Of a stretch of 64,000 nt of DNA, positions 59,315 through 64,000 are shown in pieces (position 1 is the first letter of the stretch; each line of letters starts with the position of its first letter). Position numbers and translations under genes: made by a program. The notes under the pieces were generated by a model. The model was not told where the DNA came from and did no database searches. It saw only the letters and a program-made list of their open reading frames with translations. This DNA comes from Eledone cirrhosa. Taxonomy: Eukaryota. Location of the stretch: NCBI GenBank assembly GCA_964016885.1, contig OZ024754.1, forward strand, positions 6,572,001 to 6,636,000. The letters run 5' to 3'.

Positions 59315-61010
59315 GGCGGGGTGTTGTTGAAGGTGTGTTAGTGGTGGTGGTGGTGGTGGGGTGTTGTTGAGGGTGAGTTAGTGGCAGGGTGTTGAGGGTG
59401 TTAATGGTGGTGTGTTGTTGAGGGGGTGTTAGTGGCAGGGTGTTGAGGGTGTTAGTGGTGGTGTGTTGTTGAGGGGGTGTTAGTGGTGGTGGTGGTGGTG
59501 GCGGGGTGTTGTTGAGGGTGAGTTAGTGGCAGGGTGTTGGGGGTGTTAGTGGTGGTGGTGGCGGGGTGTTGTTGAGAGTGTGTTGGTGGTGGTGGTGGTG
59601 GCGGGGCGTTGTTGAGGGTGTGTTGGTGGTGGTGGTGGCGGGGCGTTGTTGAGGGTGTGTTAGTGGTGGTGGTGGCGGGGTGTTGTTGAGGGTGAGTTAG
59701 TGGCAGGGTGTTGGGGGTGTTAGTGGTGGTGTGTTGTTGAAGGTGTGTTAGTGGTGGTGGTGTTGGCGGGGTGTTGTTGAGGGTGAGTTAGTGGCAGGGT
59801 GTTGGGGGTGTTAGTGGTGGTGTGTTGTTGAGGGGGTGTTAGTGGTGGTGGTGGCGGGGTGTTGTTGAGAGTGTGTTGGTGGTGGTGGTGGTGGCGGGGT
59901 GTTGTTGAGAGTGTGTTGGTGGTGGTGGTGGTGGTGGCGGCGGGGCGTTGTTGAGGGTGTGTTAGTGGCGGGGTGTTGTTGAGGGTGTGTTAGTGGCGGG
60001 GTGTTGTAGAGGGTGTGCTAGTGGCGGGGTGTAGCGGGTGTGTTAGTGGGTGTGGTGGAGGACTGAAAGGCAACTTTGATCAACAAAGGCCAATTAAGAT
60101 AATTGTTAGAGTGGACATTTGATTGTTTGTGCAGAAAAAGTGAGTTATATTGTCTGACAGTCATATTGTTTGATGTTGATGGTGGTGGTGATGGTGGTGG
60201 TGGTGGTGATGGTGGTTGTGGTGATGGTGGTGGTGGTGGTGGTGGTGGTGATGGTGGTGGTGGTGGTGGTGGTGATGGTGGTGGTGATGGTGGTGATGGT
60301 GGTGGTGATGGTGGTGATGGTGGTGGTGGTGGTGGTGGTGATGGTGGTGGTGGTGGTGGTGGTGATGGTGGTGGTGATGGTGGTGATGGTGGTGGTGATG
60401 GTGGTGATGGTGGTGGTGGTGGTGGTGGTGATGGTGGTGGTGGTGATGGTGGTGGTGATGGTGGTGGTAGTGGTGATGGTGGTGGTGATGGCGGTAATGG
60501 TGGTGATGGTGGTGGTGGTGGTGGTGATGGTGGTGGTGGTGATGGTGATGTTGGTGGTGGTGGTGGTGGTGATGGTGATGGTGGTTGTGGTGGTGGTGAT
60601 GGTGGTGGTGGTGGTGGTGGTGGTGGTGATGGTGGTGGTGGGGGTGGTCAAGTGTGCTGGAATGGTGTAGTGTAGCTAAGTGGTGCTGAAACATTAGTAA
60701 TGCTGGTGATGATGATGGTGATGATGATGGTGACAGTGACGGTGACGATGGTGATGAGGATGATGATATTGATGATGGTGACAGTGATGAGGATGGTGAT
60801 GGTTACGATGATGATGGTTATGATGGTGATTGGTGGTGATGACGATCGTTATGATGATAATGATGATGATGATGATGATGGCGATGGTGATGATGATGGT
60901 GATGGTCATGGTGGCGATGGTGATGGTCATGGTGACGATGATATCGATGAGCATGATGATGGTGATGATAATGGTCATCATCATTATCATCATCATCATC
61001 ATCATCACAA
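59315..61010. repeat. G/T-rich satellite followed by (GGT)n and (GAT)n tracts
   Basis: ggcggggtgttgttgagggtgtgttagtggtggt units to about 60055, then trinucleotide repeats. Confidence 0.9.
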
Positions 61011-61531
61011 TTGAAGGATCCTCCGTCGGTTTCGACGTTAAGCATTCAGTTGTTCGATCAACTGAACGTCCAACCAATGAATTAACGTGCAATCAGTTGA
61101 GCGTTCCACAGAAACCTATCCCTACTCTCGGCCCCTCAATAATCTATAGTATCATTGTAGTACATTACTAAAACATCCAATATGTTATAAAACATAGAGG
61201 TCGGTGTGGGGGGTCTCAATATGTAAACTAAACAACTATTTCTGGGTTTTTAAAAACAATCAACAGAGACAACCTAGAAAAATTACTGATTTTCCACCAC
61301 ATCCGCCCAGCTAATTCCAGCACCCCACAATAGTAGTATTAGTATTAGTAGCAACAGTAGCAGTAGCAGTAATACTACTAGTAGTAGTAGTAGCAGTAAT
61401 ACTAGTAGCAGTAGTAGTAGTAGTACTAGTAGAAGTGGTAGCAGCAGCATTAGTAGTAATAGTAGCAGTAATAGTAGTAATAGTACTAGAAGCAGTAGCA
61501 GTAGTAGCATTAGTAACAACAGTAGCAGTAA

Positions 61532-61573
<42 letters not shown>

Positions 61574-64000
61574 CAGCAGTAGTAGTAACAGCAGTAGCAG
61601 TAATAGTAGCAGTAGTAGATGTAATAATAATAATAGTAGTAGTAGTAGTAGTAGTAGCAGCAGTAGCAGTAGTAGTAACAGCAGGAGTTGTTATTAACGG
61701 TGGCAGTGGATTTTCTGTCAAAGAACCCAGTTCATAAGATAACCTTGTAACCCGTTCCCAGTTGTTTTGGTAGCCGTTTATTGCCCACAATTAGCAGAAC
61801 AGATTAACTAAGTATTGTTTAGATAGAGAATCAGATAACCATGGAACATGCAAAGCTGCGCTAGATTTCACCTAAGGAATAACAATAGATTAGGTCAAGG
61901 TTAATGTTTAGCCATTCGAATAACTCGTCTGCGTAAACACACACACACATATATATATATAGGAAAAAGTATGACCCCGACGGCAGAGCTTTAGTCAGGA
62001 AATAGCCGTCGAAACGGCTTGAGCTCTGCCATCGGGGTCATACTTTTTCCTATTACCCACTCTACTACCCTAAGTATTGAGTACTCTGGTGCGTTATGGT
62101 CCATCTGGTTCCTTACCACAATTCCTTTGTTATATATATATATAGTCTTTCCTCACTTTAAAAAAAATCTTCACACACAGGCATTGCACGATAGCGTTAA
62201 TTGATAATTATTAATAATGGTATATCGTGCAATGGCCATACTCGATAAGGAGGGGGTAGTCATCATCATGTATGTGTGTATGTGTGTATGTATGTATGTA
62301 TGTATGTATGTATGTATGTATGCACAGTCTTTCCTCACTTTAAAAAATATCTTCACGCACAGGCATTGCAAGATAGAATTAATTAATAATTATTAATAAT
62401 TAATAATTATTAATAATAATAATAATAGGGACGGTGGATTGGCAGTATCGGTAGAGGGTCGGACGCTATGCTTTCCAGCATAGTTACGTCCCTTTACGAT
62501 CTGAGTTCAAATCCCGCCGAGGTTGACTTTGCCTTTCATCCTTACGGGGTCGATAAAATAAAGTACCAGTAATGCACTGGGTGATTGGTGGCCTTGTGCC
62601 TAAAGTAGAAACAATTATTAATAATAGTATATCGTGCAATGGCCATACTCGATAACGAGGAGGCAGCCATCATCATGTGGCAGCCATCATCAGGGGGTTA
62701 ACAAGAACAGTGTGAGTTAAACATAGTTGATCGTTAATTCTTCTTTACTACGAGGTTCAGCTGAACTGCTATTGTTCACGTGCGTGTTATATACGGTACA
62801 CTGAGAAATTGTGGATATAATTATTCAAATTAGGATGAAAGAAAATATTGTGATTAGAAAATTCAATATTGTATGAATATATATATAATTAGGAGAAAAA
62901 CAAAACAAAACAAACTAATATTTTATCGAATGTTTTGGAGTTCTGAAGATTTAATATAATATTTGGGGTGAGGTGGATACACTGGAAGAGGAAGACCGAG
63001 CTTAACATATATATATATATATATATAACGAAGGAAATGTGGTAAGGAACCAAGTGGACCATAACGCACCAGAGTACTCAATACTATGCGTAGTTGAGTG
63101 GGTAATAGGAAAAGAGTCAGGACCCCGACGGCTGAGCTCCGGCCATTTCGACAGCTATGAGAGAGAGAGAGACATATGTAACTACAAGTAACAAAACAAA
63201 AGAACTTGAACTCACTCACGTGGATCAACTGTTAGTCACTTCTACTTTAGTCTGGTTACAGTTGAAAAGAAGAGGGTTGGATGACTGACTAAACCTTTAG
63301 ATATAAGATTAAGAATGGCAACTTGGTTTTAATATTTGGAGTAGGTATGTTCTAATAGCAAAATGTAATTAAAGGTTTCAAATTGTGATCACATGGGGTT
63401 TTGTAAAGGACTTCATTTGATATTACTAATAAACAAATATGGCGGTGAGTTAGTAGAGTTGGAGAGCCTGCTTTGAATTCAGATCTCGCTGAGTCAACTT
63501 TACCTTCCAATCTTAAGTAAAGTACAAGTCCAGTACATGTGTCGATTCTTCTTTTTCAATTTCTTTCTGTCTGCCTGTATTTGTGTGTGTCTTTCTACCT
63601 ATCTATCTATGTATCTACTTCTGTCTGCCTATCTATCTGTCAACCTGTCTATCTGTCAGCCTGCCTATCTGTCAGCATGCCTATCTGTCTACATCTGTCT
63701 ATCTATCTACATCTGTCTATCTATCTACATCTGCCTATCTATCTACATCTGTCTATTTACTTCTGTCTCCAAGGGAATCTGTAGCAATCAGACCTGGTCA
63801 GGGATAGGCTCCTTCAGGTATAAATGCACTCCCCCAAATCTATCATGAGTTGAGGGTGCAAGACAAACTTTGTTACAAATGTATAAAATCTATTTTCTAC
63901 TAATGGTAGGAAAGGTAACTCGATTAAATCGACCTCAGTACTCGAATGGTATTTTTTTTTTATATTCGTGAGATTTCAATCAGAATTTCAATCAGAATTT

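Noticed and set aside
63220-63290. Possible non-coding first exon (TCAGT Inr-like, gtgagt donor)
   Set aside because: The motifs are too short to support a call without transcript data.

Overview
Eukaryotic, AT-rich, microsatellite-saturated genomic DNA. The SINE families and repeat landscape look like an octopus (cephalopod); this is an inference from recognition, not a search. Nearly all ORFs in the supplied track are artefacts of (TA)n, (CA)n, (GTA)n and (GGT)n repeats. The real content falls into three groups. (1) A minus-strand host gene visible only as tiny exons: an ATG exon (56337-56398, MDDVKG), a probable 18-nt exon, and three tandem 42-nt phase-2 microexons (32046-32087, 30299-30340, 29423-29464), each encoding [S/T]-E-x-C-P. 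(2) About ten sequence-unrelated families of short elements embedded in (TA)n tracts, each carrying a type I hammerhead ribozyme fold. They are often arranged as inverted pairs whose junction falls in the ribozyme. One family is physically joined to a Penelope-like GIY-YIG C-terminus (42880-43137), so these are probably pseudo-LTR remnants of TA-targeting Penelope-like elements. (3) More than 25 tRNA-derived SINE copies, RTE and L1/Tx1 LINE fragments, hAT, piggyBac and Helitron non-autonomous elements, and several minisatellites. All calls were made by eye, so repeat boundaries are approximate to a few bases.
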